Shown here in pieces: positions 51,754 to 62,182 of a DNA stretch of 64,000 nucleotides. Every line of letters starts with the position of its first letter. Position 1 is the first letter of the stretch. A program made the position numbers and the translations under genes. The notes beneath the pieces are model-generated. The model was given only the letters and a program-made list of their open reading frames with translations. It searched no databases and was not told the DNA's origin. The stretch is from Candidatus Atabeyarchaeum deiterrae (GTDB lineage Archaea > Asgardarchaeota > Atabeyarchaeia > Atabeyarchaeales > Atabeyarchaeaceae), in contig CP147780.1 in the NCBI GenBank assembly GCA_037310415.1, positions 1,792,001-1,856,000 on the forward strand. Direction: 5' to 3'.

Positions 51754-52173
51754 ATGAAGGTTACGACAATACGAGACAAAGTTGTGATTGCCGCGACGCC
51801 TGACGAAGTCTACGATGCTTACATGGACGCAAAGAAGCACGCGGCGTTTACAGGTAGCAAGGCAACCTGCGATCCGAAGATTGGAGGAAAGTTCACGGCT
51901 TGGGATGGATACATTTCAGGAAAGAACCTTGAACTTGAGAAAGGCAAGAAGATTGTTCAAGAGTGGGTCACCACCGATTGGCTTGATGGCTATCTTCCCT
52001 CGAAACTCGAGTTGACTCTCAGTAAAATCAAAGGCGGCACGGAGCTAAGCATGGTACATTCAAACGTGCCAGAAGAGCAAGCTGAGGACATCAAACAAGG
52101 TTGGGTTGACTTCTACTGGGCGCCAATGAAGAAGTATTTCGATAAGCAGTCTGGGCATCAGCGAGGCAAATAG
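51754..52173 (+). CDS. SRPBCC/AHSA1-like protein
   Basis: PDEVYDAYMD, GGKFTAWDGYISG and QGWVDFYW. Confidence 0.88.
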   Translation: MKVTTIRDKVVIAATPDEVYDAYMDAKKHAAFTGSKATCDPKIGGKFTAWDGYISGKNLELEKGKKIVQEWVTTDWLDGYLPSKLELTLSKIKGGTELSMVHSNVPEEQAEDIKQGWVDFYWAPMKKYFDKQSGHQRGK

Positions 52174-52220
52174 CACAACTGGGCATTCTGCTTACGCAAT
52201 TTGAAAGCGGAGGAAATGGT

Positions 52221-52469
52221 ATGAAATTACATAGCTACGTAGGTGGCATTCTTGTCAAGCTTCTGAGTATCATCATGATAATGATAGGAGTCCTTCTATT
52301 CCTCTATTCAGACTACATATCTCAAGAGACCGGAGTGCCAATTGGGGCATATTGGATTGTATCGTGGATCCTCTTCATCATGGGCTTAATCGTTTTTGCA
52401 GGCGGTGTTGTTGTGCAGAGGCGCGCATTGAAGCGTCTTAGAACCCCAACTCCCCATCCTTCTGCTTAA
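52221..52469 (+). CDS. Small 2-TM membrane protein
   Basis: Two hydrophobic helices, preceded by GGAGG. Confidence 0.6.
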   Translation: MKLHSYVGGILVKLLSIIMIMIGVLLFLYSDYISQETGVPIGAYWIVSWILFIMGLIVFAGGVVVQRRALKRLRTPTPHPSA

Positions 52470-52601
52470 GGTTAGGCTGTTCGATACGTCTCAAGAGAGA
52501 ACTTGTGACTTCAAAGCAGGGGACCATCCTGAGCTGGACAACGACTCTAAGGTTTATTAGGTTCGGATTCCTTCAGTCAATAGAACAGGTGCTCGAAAGT
52601 C

Positions 52602-53447
52602 ATGTCTATCAAGATTCAGGATCTCCCCGACGTCGTCGAGATAGCATTGTTGTTGAATCTGGAAAAAGATGAAGCGGTTCCAGCGGCCGAATTGAAGCAA
52701 AGGATCGACAAGATCTGTGGAGAGAATTCTTGCATTGATAGCAGAGACTTCAACAAGGCGTCGGACAGGATGATGTCCGACAGGCTAATCACCGGGCGAA
52801 ATGGATTGGTTAAATTAACCAAGCGCGGTGCAAGTTTGGGAAGAGACTGGCGTAACCTGCTTTTGAAGAGAGAACCTACTCTTGAGGTAGTTGCAGGTTT
52901 AACTGATGGTTCAGTTACCGGACTCGTCGTTATACTCTCCGCATTTACGGCAAGCTTGGCGCCCAGCATAGCTATATTTGCGGCTTTGCTCACACTTTCT
53001 TCGGTGGCGATAACGAATTTCTCAAGTTTTCTGCTCGGCGGAATAACTGAGGATATATCAGATATGATAACTCTCGAGAGCCTGTTGAACCATAGCCTGA
53101 GTGACATTCCTAGCATCAAGGAGCGAGACAAGTCGCTTAGATTACTTAAAGAGCTTTTTGTGCTCTTGCACAGGCAGATAAGCAGGGCAAACATTTACGC
53201 AGCAACACTCTGCTGTACGACGACGCTTCTCGCTGGTTTCATTCCAATAGTTGTGTATTTGACACTACCGAAACCGTTCAATATCGTGTTGTCGCTTTGC
53301 ATAGTGGCGGTCACTGTAGGGTTTTTCTTGGTTCATTACCGTTCTAAGCGAACGAAGGTGCACTGGAAGGTTACGTTGCTGGAGACAATTGTGATCATAT
53401 TGATCGCAGTATTCGCCTCATTATTACTCGGCGCCGGAGGGATATAG
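52602..53447 (+). CDS. wHTH + VIT1/CCC1-like membrane protein
   Basis: N-terminal wHTH (VKLTKRG), then VVAGLTDG and five TM segments ending LLET...FASLLLG. Confidence 0.65.
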   Translation: MSIKIQDLPDVVEIALLLNLEKDEAVPAAELKQRIDKICGENSCIDSRDFNKASDRMMSDRLITGRNGLVKLTKRGASLGRDWRNLLLKREPTLEVVAGLTDGSVTGLVVILSAFTASLAPSIAIFAALLTLSSVAITNFSSFLLGGITEDISDMITLESLLNHSLSDIPSIKERDKSLRLLKELFVLLHRQISRANIYAATLCCTTTLLAGFIPIVVYLTLPKPFNIVLSLCIVAVTVGFFLVHYRSKRTKVHWKVTLLETIVIILIAVFASLLLGAGGI

Positions 53448-53545
53448 AACGAAAGATGGATGTCGCGTCCTGCCCTTTCCAGACACGCGCGTGGGAATGC
53501 CGCTTCAGAAGTGCTACTTTCTAAATCGATCCCGTTGAGAGCGGA

Positions 53546-54352
53546 TCAAGGTGGCTCCGCCCTCTTCGTCCTTTGTTCTGCGATCTCACAATACTCTGGG
53601 GTAATCTCAAACCCGACATAGTGTCTCCCAAGCTTCTTTGCTGCGACCGCTGTTGACCCACTTCCAATGAAGGGATCTAAGACGATCCCTTTCGGCGGGC
53701 AGAAACACGTTATGAAATCAATTGGGATCTGGTCTGGAAATGGTGCGGGATGTTTTCTTTTCAAAGGATCTTTATCTCCAGCCATCAAGTAATCCCAAAT
53801 GGTTCCCCGGCACTTGGTCGGGTTTATTGGTCTTGTGACTGTTTTCGTGGTTTCGCCGGTGGTTCTTCTGTTGCCGCTGCCAGTCAAGATTTCTCCGGCA
53901 TGCTTCGATGGAACCATTAGAAGCTTCTTGTTGAAGTATTGGGGTTTCTTGCCCTTCAAGAAGATCGGCATGTACTCATGGTCGACCCTGAATCTGGCTT
54001 TCCACCATGCGCCTTCTGTTCCATACTTTCTGTAGATTATCGTCTCAAATAACCTGAAGCCGATATTGTCGCACCAGTCAATTATTAATCGGAACGATGT
54101 GAGGGTTTTTGCGAAGGCTTTGGTCTGGTCTTGGATTACCATTACTGCTATTCCGCCATCTTTCAGAACTCTGTACGCTTCTTTGCCAGTTGAATGCAGG
54201 TCGACTGAGAATCCTTTGTACGTTCTAAGGTTATCGTATGGTGGAGACGTAACGACAAGGTCTATTGAGTCATCTGGAAGTTTTCTCATCCCTTCCAGGC
54301 AATCCATGCAGTAGATCTTGTTGAGCTCCAGTTCGCCTACCTTGATGGACAT
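53546..54352 (-). CDS. Orphan beta-class N4-C/N6-A DNA methyltransferase
   Basis: Motif IV TSPPY precedes HPAPFP and motif I DPFIGSGST. Confidence 0.9.
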   Translation of the reverse strand: MSIKVGELELNKIYCMDCLEGMRKLPDDSIDLVVTSPPYDNLRTYKGFSVDLHSTGKEAYRVLKDGGIAVMVIQDQTKAFAKTLTSFRLIIDWCDNIGFRLFETIIYRKYGTEGAWWKARFRVDHEYMPIFLKGKKPQYFNKKLLMVPSKHAGEILTGSGNRRTTGETTKTVTRPINPTKCRGTIWDYLMAGDKDPLKRKHPAPFPDQIPIDFITCFCPPKGIVLDPFIGSGSTAVAAKKLGRHYVGFEITPEYCEIAEQRTKRAEPP

Positions 54353-54457
54353 GATGCTCCACCTTACTGTGCCCTTGACCGTTCTCCGTGAACCTAGGTA
54401 TTAAGAAATGCGGCTTCAGAAAGCTCCTAATGCCAATGAATGTTACGGCCATTCTGT

Positions 54458-55435
54458 CTACACTGAAAAGTCAATTGTGACCTCATGTTCGGCCATAGCT
54501 TTGCCGTCAGGCTGCGTTTTTGCTCGTGAGCCCTGAATTTCCAGTTCGCCAAACTTCAAACCGGAGGACTTAACGTCGGAGTTGTACGATTGGATTACTG
54601 CACGAGGGCCTTTTGGATTTGACTTTGCAGGATCCACACACTCTTCTTGGTTCTTGGCGCCAGTTCGCGAAAACATTGAGATCAAGATGTTCTTTCCATG
54701 TCTTTTGTAAACGTATGTTAATCGGGCTTCTCGTGGGTTAGGTAGATCCTCTGGACGAACACCTAACTTCAATTCCTTCTCTCCGTCAATTCGGAACGAC
54801 AGACGATCCTTGAAGGGTGCCAAGTGAGACGAAGGAATTGGATCGAAGTAATGAATCGGCTGCGCGTTTTTGGTGACTGGAATATTCACAGCCCCTGACC
54901 CGTCGTCCCCCAGTGGCACCTGCAAAATAGTCCATAGGGCAAAAGGTGACTCGAAGTTTTGGGCTGTCAGATGGTCGTGAATTCTCACCCTTCCCCACTG
55001 TGTGTCCTCTCTTTGTCGCACTTCAGCAAGTTCAATGCGCTTCGTAATTTTGCCAGTAAAGGTTTGTCCTGAAGCCATGTTTTTGGCGGATACGGTGCTT
55101 TCAAGTTCAACAGCATGAGCTTCCTTTAAAACTATTTTGAAGTTGGCAGGGTCTATTCCTTTCGGACACCGCCAACCTTTAAACTCCTCAGGGTCATCGT
55201 AGAAGTAAGTTCGTTCAGGCGAAATCCAAGTACGGATTCCTCCAGTGTTCCATTCTCTCTTTTTTAACACATCATCAATGTTCGGATTAACCCACAACAA
55301 GTTCCCTTTTCCGATGTCTACGCCCAGAACTCGTCCTCCGTACGAAAGGACTAGAATAGAAGCCCGCTCAGAGTGAATCTCCACTGTCTCAGCATATTCT
55401 CCAATTCGGTTCGACAGTTCTTCTAGCTCTGGCAA
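54458..55435 (-). CDS. Hypothetical protein, mutarotase-like supersandwich (DUF4380/DUF6786-like)
   Basis: YGGRVLG...LLWVN...WNTGGIRTWISPE...FGELE. Confidence 0.55.
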   Translation of the reverse strand: MPELEELSNRIGEYAETVEIHSERASILVLSYGGRVLGVDIGKGNLLWVNPNIDDVLKKREWNTGGIRTWISPERTYFYDDPEEFKGWRCPKGIDPANFKIVLKEAHAVELESTVSAKNMASGQTFTGKITKRIELAEVRQREDTQWGRVRIHDHLTAQNFESPFALWTILQVPLGDDGSGAVNIPVTKNAQPIHYFDPIPSSHLAPFKDRLSFRIDGEKELKLGVRPEDLPNPREARLTYVYKRHGKNILISMFSRTGAKNQEECVDPAKSNPKGPRAVIQSYNSDVKSSGLKFGELEIQGSRAKTQPDGKAMAEHEVTIDFSV

Positions 55436-55474
55436 ATAGATGGTTCACCCTCCCTGATGTTATAGCCTACCTCT

Positions 55475-56032
55475 CTATTCTGTCTTCCTATCCGAGACGA
55501 TCGTCTCGCGTCTGATTTCGGGATCGGTAAATACGTCTGTTTCATCTCGACTGCGGGTGGAAAACTCTGAGACTATGGCACCCTTGTCTCCACCTTGGAA
55601 CCAGTGAAGTACATTCGGCAGTAACGTGAACTGGTCTCCAGGTTTCAGAACCACTTCGTTCCAGACTGTGAAGTAGCGCTTCCTTTTGGCAGGCACAATT
55701 GCCTTTGGCCTTGGCGTAGGCTTCCCAGGGACATGGAGGTACACTTCGCCCCAGCGGCAGCGGAAAGTCTCCTCCTTGCCGGGATCGGCGCCGATTGGTG
55801 CGTGCCTGTGTTCGGGGCAGATTTGGCGTGGAAAGAGCACGAGTTCCTTTGCACATACACGTTCTGTGTTCACGTAGACGATTAATTCGAGACCAATGTT
55901 CTTGAGATCCCCAAGACATAGATCAGCTACCTCAATATGAGACCGCTCCTTAGGCGTCACAACAATGCCAGCTTTTCTCAACATCTCGTTGGCACGCGTA
56001 CGAGCAGTTTCATATTCTTCTCGAGAGATCAT
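55475..56032 (-). CDS. D-lyxose/D-mannose isomerase (cupin)
   Basis: CAKEL...QICPEHRH...GKEETFRCRWG...HWFQ...SEFST...DVFTDP. Confidence 0.9.
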   Translation of the reverse strand: MISREEYETARTRANEMLRKAGIVVTPKERSHIEVADLCLGDLKNIGLELIVYVNTERVCAKELVLFPRQICPEHRHAPIGADPGKEETFRCRWGEVYLHVPGKPTPRPKAIVPAKRKRYFTVWNEVVLKPGDQFTLLPNVLHWFQGGDKGAIVSEFSTRSRDETDVFTDPEIRRETIVSDRKTE

Positions 56033-56162
56033 GGCATGTCTTCCTCCTGCAACGATACGTCTTGTATAGGGCTATGAGATGTGTAGCGGCTGAAATAAGA
56101 ATTGCTGAGGTCACCTGCTGCAACCCAAAGGCTAATAATCTCAGCCAAGGATAACAGGTGCC

Positions 56163-56648
56163 ATGACATATCACTTGAGACGAAAAGATAAGGAAATAAC
56201 TGACGAAGCGGAACTCATCAAAATACTCAAATCAACCAAGTACATCACCATGGCGCTGTGCAAGAATAATCAGCCTTACCTGGTCACGCTGAGCCACGGA
56301 TATGATGACCAACGGAAGTGCATCTACTTTCATTGCGCCTCAGAAGGAAAGAAGATAGACTACATGAAATCGAACAACGAAGTCTGGGGCCAAGCATTCG
56401 TGGACCATGGTTATGACGAGGGCCAATGCAACCATCTTTTCTCATCAGTCCACTTCTCAGGCAAAGTGACCTTCATCGAAAAACCTGAGGAAAAAGTGAA
56501 AGCAATGCAATGCATGATGAGGCAACTCGAAAAGAATCCTGAACCCATGATAGCCAAACTCAATGCTGAGAAACTAAAGGATGCGCTCTTAGGTAGAATA
56601 GACATAGAGCACATGAGTGGCAAGCAGCCAGAAAAGAAGGGCAAGTAG
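56163..56648 (+). CDS. Pyridoxamine 5'-phosphate oxidase / NimA-like flavin-binding protein
   Basis: LRRKDKEI, PYLV, IYFHCASEGKK and SGK motifs. Confidence 0.88.
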   Translation: MTYHLRRKDKEITDEAELIKILKSTKYITMALCKNNQPYLVTLSHGYDDQRKCIYFHCASEGKKIDYMKSNNEVWGQAFVDHGYDEGQCNHLFSSVHFSGKVTFIEKPEEKVKAMQCMMRQLEKNPEPMIAKLNAEKLKDALLGRIDIEHMSGKQPEKKGK

Positions 56649-56689
56649 ACCGAGCCCGAGAAAACAAGGAACGATATGAAGGAAGAGAC

Positions 56690-57016
56690 ATGGTACGCAA
56701 GACTCATCCATATAGACGCGGATACACCTTTGAGAGACGGGTTCGTGCTCACCTTGAAAAGGACGGATGGTTTGTAGTTAGGCAAGGCAAATCAGCTTTT
56801 CCAGATCTCATTTGCCTGAAGAAAGGTAAAGTCATGCTTGTGGAGTGCAAGGTCGATGGCTACCTCCGCCCTGAAGAGAGGAGAACGCTATTGGAGACCT
56901 CAACAAAGATTGGCGCAGAATCAGTTATTGCTTTCCGCGAGGGCAAGAAGATAATCTTGAGAAATCTAGGGAAAGAGGGCGTTACTGCACCCCATGAACA
57001 GGTCATACAGAATTGA
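56690..57016 (+). CDS. hjc: Archaeal Holliday junction resolvase (Hjc/Hje-like)
   Basis: GYTFERRV...GWFVVR..S..PDL...VECK. Confidence 0.75.
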   Translation: MVRKTHPYRRGYTFERRVRAHLEKDGWFVVRQGKSAFPDLICLKKGKVMLVECKVDGYLRPEERRTLLETSTKIGAESVIAFREGKKIILRNLGKEGVTAPHEQVIQN

Positions 57017-57162
57017 GAATATTATTCGGGATTTTTCTTGTAGTTGCTCATGACAATCTACCAAGAAAGTCATCCCGCAAGAGAAATCATTCTAGCGCCA
57101 ATACTCTTACCTTTCCAGATATAGTAGTCCTGCTTTTCCATGAAGACTTCTCCAGCGCTCAT

Positions 57163-58014
57163 CTAAGTGAACTCTTTTCTTTCGAACAGTACCAGGCCCA
57201 AAACTGCCGTGACGATAAAGTACACTGACATAATCAATAATCCTTCAGGTATTGTGACGTTGAAGGTGGTAAAGGTGCGCGGGCCAAAATGCTGTACGGA
57301 AGTCTGCGACGGATACGGGTCTACGAGTACGTTTCCTATTACTCCCGCTCCGTAAGTTAGGATGAACCAGGGCTCAATCTGGGCAAAGGTAGCAACGAAG
57401 AGTTGAACAATGTTGAACGCGAAAAGAAAGAGAATGGCAGTGACTAGGATGGACATGGAGCTGCTCTTAAATAGCGAGCTGAAGAAAAATGTCAAGCCCA
57501 GAACTGCAACAAGATAGAAACATGCAAGAAGCAGGGAATCGACAAACTGGTAAGGTATACTTGAGAAGTAGTACAATCCGTTGGCCACGGTGATTGCAGC
57601 GAACACGCCCAGTATTGCCAATGATGCGATGAGAGCTGACAACCATTTTCCTATATATATTGACGATCTTCTAATGGGGTTTGGAACTCCGAAATAGCCA
57701 GTCTTGTTTTGGAATTCGCCAGAAATAGCATCACCACCGAAGAAGATTCCAGAAAGCACTATCACATAAGTGGCGATATTTCCCCACCAATCATCATAAA
57801 ACGACAAATCACTTGCAAGAAAACTTTCTGGACGATAATATCCAACAACCAGAGTGAGAACGGCGCTTATCAAAATCGCTATGGTCAGAAGTATGAAGAA
57901 CCTTCGGGATCTTACGTAATCCAGAAGCGTGTACTTCATGGTAATGCCAACTTGCTTTATGCTGCTCGGCACCTTGTTTCCGACTGCAATTTTGGTTTTG
58001 CTCATGTTTATCAC
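57163..58014 (-). CDS. ABC-2 type transporter permease
   Basis: DAISGEFQNKTG...PIRRSSIYIGK, about 6 TM helices. Confidence 0.88.
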   Translation of the reverse strand: MINMSKTKIAVGNKVPSSIKQVGITMKYTLLDYVRSRRFFILLTIAILISAVLTLVVGYYRPESFLASDLSFYDDWWGNIATYVIVLSGIFFGGDAISGEFQNKTGYFGVPNPIRRSSIYIGKWLSALIASLAILGVFAAITVANGLYYFSSIPYQFVDSLLLACFYLVAVLGLTFFFSSLFKSSSMSILVTAILFLFAFNIVQLFVATFAQIEPWFILTYGAGVIGNVLVDPYPSQTSVQHFGPRTFTTFNVTIPEGLLIMSVYFIVTAVLGLVLFERKEFT

Positions 58015-58952
58015 AACGTGCTCTTTATCAGTTTGAGATATGCGTCTTCGAGGTCTGAGGTCGCCTGCCTGTAGCTAACTACGCCGACGTTCAGCGCTAC
58101 AATGCCCGCAAGAATTCTTTCCTGTGCGTCCAACCCGCCTTTGAAACTTATCTGGAAGGTTGTATCGCCGCTCTTTTCAATTTTGTCGATGCTTGGGACG
58201 CTTGCAGCTATCTTGTTTAGCAGTTCCGCATCCAACTGGCGGCGCAGTCCAACCTCAATAACGTTTTCTCCACCCGAAACTCTAGCCGTTACATTAGAAA
58301 TCGTATCATAAACGATCAATTTCCCATGGTCTATCATGGCCACTTCGTCGCAGACATCTGCTACTTCGCTGAGAATATGAGAGCTCATGAAAATCAGCCT
58401 CTCCTTACCCTTCAGAGATTTTATAATACCCCTGACCTCACTCATGCCTCTGGGATCTAGCCCAGTGGTAGGCTCATCCAGCAGAACCACGGACGGCTCA
58501 CTGAGAAGCGCAGATGCGACACATATTCGCTGTTTCATTCCCTTCGAGAACTTGCCAACTCTCTTGTCGATCCATTTTTCCATTCGGACTTCAGATACAA
58601 CCTCTTCTATTCTCTTTTTTCGTTCGGCGCGTGACACTCCTCGGATCTCAGCAATCATCGTCAATGCCTCTCGTGGTGTTAGCGCAGGGTAAATCTCGGG
58701 TATTTCGATAAGTGCGCCTACAGAAGCAAGCGCCCTTTTCTTATCCGTATGTACGTTAACACCATTTATCAGAGCTTTTCCTGAGGAAGGTCTAATCAGA
58801 TCAGTAAACAACTTGAGGGCAGTTGATTTCCCAGCACCGTTGGGGCCCAGCAAACCGACGCACTTCGCGCCCTCAATCTCCAGATTCAAATTGGAGAGAG
58901 CTGGAAAGGACCCGTATTTTTTCGAGAGTTTAATCGCTTCAATCGATGGCAT
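58011..58952 (-). CDS. ABC transporter ATP-binding protein
   Basis: GPNGAGKST, FSKGMKQR, LLDEPTTGLDP and SSH. Confidence 0.93.
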   Translation of the reverse strand: MPSIEAIKLSKKYGSFPALSNLNLEIEGAKCVGLLGPNGAGKSTALKLFTDLIRPSSGKALINGVNVHTDKKRALASVGALIEIPEIYPALTPREALTMIAEIRGVSRAERKKRIEEVVSEVRMEKWIDKRVGKFSKGMKQRICVASALLSEPSVVLLDEPTTGLDPRGMSEVRGIIKSLKGKERLIFMSSHILSEVADVCDEVAMIDHGKLIVYDTISNVTARVSGGENVIEVGLRRQLDAELLNKIAASVPSIDKIEKSGDTTFQISFKGGLDAQERILAGIVALNVGVVSYRQATSDLEDAYLKLIKSTL

Positions 58953-59037
58953 CCTAATCGCTTCCCAATATAACGTAACTGTATAACTTAAAAGGCGAAC
59001 TAACTCGGAGGGAGTTGCTTTTGTTAAGAAGCAAGAT

Positions 59038-59334
59038 TCAGGTTCTAAAGCGTAGTCTTGGAAACTTGAGCTGTCCCACATACTTCATTATCCAGCTTAC
59101 CAGCTCATCATAAGCTTCGACCCCCGCTTTGGCAAGGATCACGGAGCCGTCGATGTCTATCTCGATGAAGCCTTTGTTGGACATCCAAGCCAAGTACTTC
59201 ATCAGTTTGTCGTAGGCTAATCCAGTGTTGGTCGCGAGGGCTGTCTTGTTCATCCTGTTCTTCTCTTTTAACGCCTTGATTACCCTCGCGATGACGTAGA
59301 GATCAGGCTTGGAACTCGTCTCTTTTGAATTCAA
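59038..59334 (-). CDS. Winged-HTH transcriptional regulator
   Basis: NKTALATNTGLAYDKLMKYLAWM..KGFI. The start is uncertain. Confidence 0.8.
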   Translation of the reverse strand: MNSKETSSKPDLYVIARVIKALKEKNRMNKTALATNTGLAYDKLMKYLAWMSNKGFIEIDIDGSVILAKAGVEAYDELVSWIMKYVGQLKFPRLRFRT

Positions 59335-59974
59335 GGCTCAACCACCGCAATTCTAAAAGTAACATGTCCAGTGCGTGGATCTCCTTATAGCGTCTAAGAA
59401 GATCTTTGCCTAGGACAAAAAGAACAATCAAAAGTGAAAACGGCGCCAAAATAAAGCCACTGAAAGGTATTATTCTATGGAAAATGAAGAAGTTGATTGC
59501 GTTCCATAAAAGATTTAATCCGAAAAATGTAACGAACCAATATGCTGCAGTTTTCAAGAACCCATATAATGCATAACCGAGTTTTCCCATTACTATTTCG
59601 TCAAGCGTCTTGTCCCAATTTAGCTCCGACAGCATCTTCAGAGCTGATGGAAAACCATGGGACAGCTCTTCTTTCCACTCTCCCGTCTTAGTCGAGTTTA
59701 CACGTCTCCGCACATGAAGAATTCCTGCGGCGATGCCTAAAACTGGAATGAGAAGCATGATAGAGGTTGCCAGAAGGAAAAGGGGTCTGTCGAGTGTAAG
59801 CCTTAGTTCGAAAAAGTCAAACAGCATGGCGAGGACAAGATTTACTGTCATGGAGCCTCCGACGATCAGTGCAAATCTCTTCAAAGATCTGGCAAGCGCG
59901 TCATATCTCTTTACATGGTCGAGCGTCTCCATGAGCTCCTCGACCTTGGAGACAACACTTTCTTCTCTCATCAT
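59303..59974 (-). CDS. Hypothetical 4-TM membrane protein
   Basis: Four hydrophobic segments. Overlaps the wHTH gene. Confidence 0.6.
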   Translation of the reverse strand: MMREESVVSKVEELMETLDHVKRYDALARSLKRFALIVGGSMTVNLVLAMLFDFFELRLTLDRPLFLLATSIMLLIPVLGIAAGILHVRRRVNSTKTGEWKEELSHGFPSALKMLSELNWDKTLDEIVMGKLGYALYGFLKTAAYWFVTFFGLNLLWNAINFFIFHRIIPFSGFILAPFSLLIVLFVLGKDLLRRYKEIHALDMLLLELRWLSLEFKRDEFQA

Positions 59975-60400
59975 AGGCCTTTCACATTGGATACTACGTT
60001 TGGATATCCGTCGCAGTAAGGAAGGTTGCTTACTGCTGAACGTAAGCTAAGCATCTTTATTACAGATATAAGTTAAACTCCCTCCCGATGAGCAAATAGT
60101 AAGTGGCGCGGTTGCAGAACGTAGTAACAAATCTATTAGGCTTGAAGTCTGGAGGAATTAGACTCAAATACCCGAGAGTCCTAGAGTCTTTCGGTGGAGC
60201 CCTATAAGCACAACTCTTCTATTTTTGTGCTTATCTGAGGCACATGGACTTCAGTGCAGCTTGTGTATCGAGCGCTAGTTGAGTCTTACCGTTGATGTCA
60301 AGAAGACCATTGCGAAAAGGACTACGGCCTCGAAGCTCGCCAGACATGGGAAGCCCGGGGTAATTCGACATGTGGCTAAATAATCCTTAGAATCGGAGAC

Positions 60401-61015
60401 TCATGTTATTTGTTCGTCGAGTACTCCAACAAGGCAGGGGCAGCTACTGAGGACGCTGCAGAAGCCGTAGAGGTCAGACCTGCCGTCGAGCCTGCGGAGA
60501 CAACAAGAGCGCAAAGTAGGAACATCTTGTGAATTTGCAAAGGAAACACACATCAGGTTAGCTTTGCCAAATCTCTTTTCGTACTGTTCGAATACAGCAT
60601 CAACATAAGCATCCAGACTTTCTCGAAGCAATTCCTGCCAAACTGGGTGTTCCTTTACCTGCCGTTTTGTCAGCCAGTCGGTGTTTATTTCATTTCTGTC
60701 AAATGTTTTTCCTTTGAGTTGTTTGAATTGCTCTTCCGTGAGAATAAGAACACTGTTCCCAAGTTTTGTGTCAACCATGGGGCCAGTAAGGAGGTTTGAG
60801 ATTATTTTGATTTCGTTGTTGAAACAACCAACTGCGTCTGGTGTGTCAAAGTAGTTGAACCACCAGCCATTAATAAGTGTCTCATTTCCTGAGGTCAAGA
60901 CTTCCAGCCTCTTCTCTGCCACTTCTTTTGTTGTCATCAGCCTTCTTCTATCTGCCGTCGACGCCAAGACTCTAAGGGGCACAATTGAGTTGTCAAGGTT
61001 TGAATCAGCAGTCAT
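60401..61015 (-). CDS. Putative DGR target-like protein with C-terminal variable region
   Basis: 18 of 22 consecutive codons at 60434-60499 end in C. HPVWQEL...PTLR...RS...G...LVGV resembles DPANN DGR target proteins. Confidence 0.6.
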   Translation of the reverse strand: MTADSNLDNSIVPLRVLASTADRRRLMTTKEVAEKRLEVLTSGNETLINGWWFNYFDTPDAVGCFNNEIKIISNLLTGPMVDTKLGNSVLILTEEQFKQLKGKTFDRNEINTDWLTKRQVKEHPVWQELLRESLDAYVDAVFEQYEKRFGKANLMCVSFANSQDVPTLRSCCLRRLDGRSDLYGFCSVLSSCPCLVGVLDEQIT

Positions 61016-61036
61016 TTCGATCTCGCCCCCAGCTAC

Positions 61037-62182
61037 TTACATACCTTGTTCGACGATTGGGTTTTTCGGTTTCAATGCTTCGTTGATCATTTTCTCTGCA
61101 ACTATTGTTTTGCCACTCATCTCTGGTCTCCTCCCCTTGGCGAACATCTTGGTCTTCAGCCACAGTGAAACGTAGACCAAGCCGATAAGCACAGGAACTT
61201 CGATTAGAGGTCCTATAACTGCCGCGAAAGCTTCTCCCGAGTTTATCCCAAACACTCCAATAGCCACGGCTATTGCAAGCTCAAAGTTGTTGCTCGCCGC
61301 CGTAAAGGAGAGCGTCGCTGTTTCAGGATAGCTGAATCTCAAACGCCAAGACAGGAGAAAAGAAGAGACAAACATTATCAGGAAATACAATGCCAGAGGC
61401 ACAGCCACTCTGAGAACATCAAAAGGCAAATTCAGTATATACTCACCTTTCACGGAGAACATTATGACTATTGTGAAGAGCAGACCGATGATGGCGGTGG
61501 GGCTCAGCCTCGGAATGAATTTCTCTTCATACCAAGCCTTCCCCTTTCGATGGATCAACGTGAACCTTGTGATTATTCCAGCGGCGAAAGGAACGCCAAG
61601 AAAGATCAATACGCTTTGCGCGATATCCCAAACCGAGATATTCACAACCATGCCCGCCGACCCACTTATCCAAGAAGAGAGCAAGGTAACAAAGAAGTAG
61701 GCGTAAATCGAGTAGAACACCATCTGGAAGATCGAATTGAGAGCAACCAATACAGCCGCATACTCACTGTCACCGCCTGCAAGCAGGTTCCATATCAAGA
61801 CCATAGCAATGCATCTAGCCAACCCAACTATTATGATCCCAACCCTGTAATCAGGCAAGTCGGGTAGAAAGAGCCAAGCCAGTGAAAACATGAGAAAGGG
61901 TCCAATCACCCAGTTGAGGAAGAGCGACACTCCAAACATCTTCTTAGCGCCCTTAATCTTCCCGAGCTCCTCATACTTCACCTTAGCAAGGGGAGGATAC
62001 ATCATCCATAGCAGTCCGATGGCAATGGGAAGCGAAACAGTTCCTATCTGGAGCATGTTAAAAATCGTCGCAATCTGTGGGAATGCCCACCCTGCTCCGA
62101 CGCCGATAGCCATCGCCAGGAAAATCCAGATCGGAAGTAACCTATCAAGCAGCGAGAGTCTCTTCAAGGATTTCTCGGGCAT
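61037..62182 (-). CDS. acr3: Acr3-family arsenite efflux transporter
   Basis: [40 protein letters not shown] and GPLIEVPV. Confidence 0.95.
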   Translation of the reverse strand: MPEKSLKRLSLLDRLLPIWIFLAMAIGVGAGWAFPQIATIFNMLQIGTVSLPIAIGLLWMMYPPLAKVKYEELGKIKGAKKMFGVSLFLNWVIGPFLMFSLAWLFLPDLPDYRVGIIIVGLARCIAMVLIWNLLAGGDSEYAAVLVALNSIFQMVFYSIYAYFFVTLLSSWISGSAGMVVNISVWDIAQSVLIFLGVPFAAGIITRFTLIHRKGKAWYEEKFIPRLSPTAIIGLLFTIVIMFSVKGEYILNLPFDVLRVAVPLALYFLIMFVSSFLLSWRLRFSYPETATLSFTAASNNFELAIAVAIGVFGINSGEAFAAVIGPLIEVPVLIGLVYVSLWLKTKMFAKGRRPEMSGKTIVAEKMINEALKPKNPIVEQGM

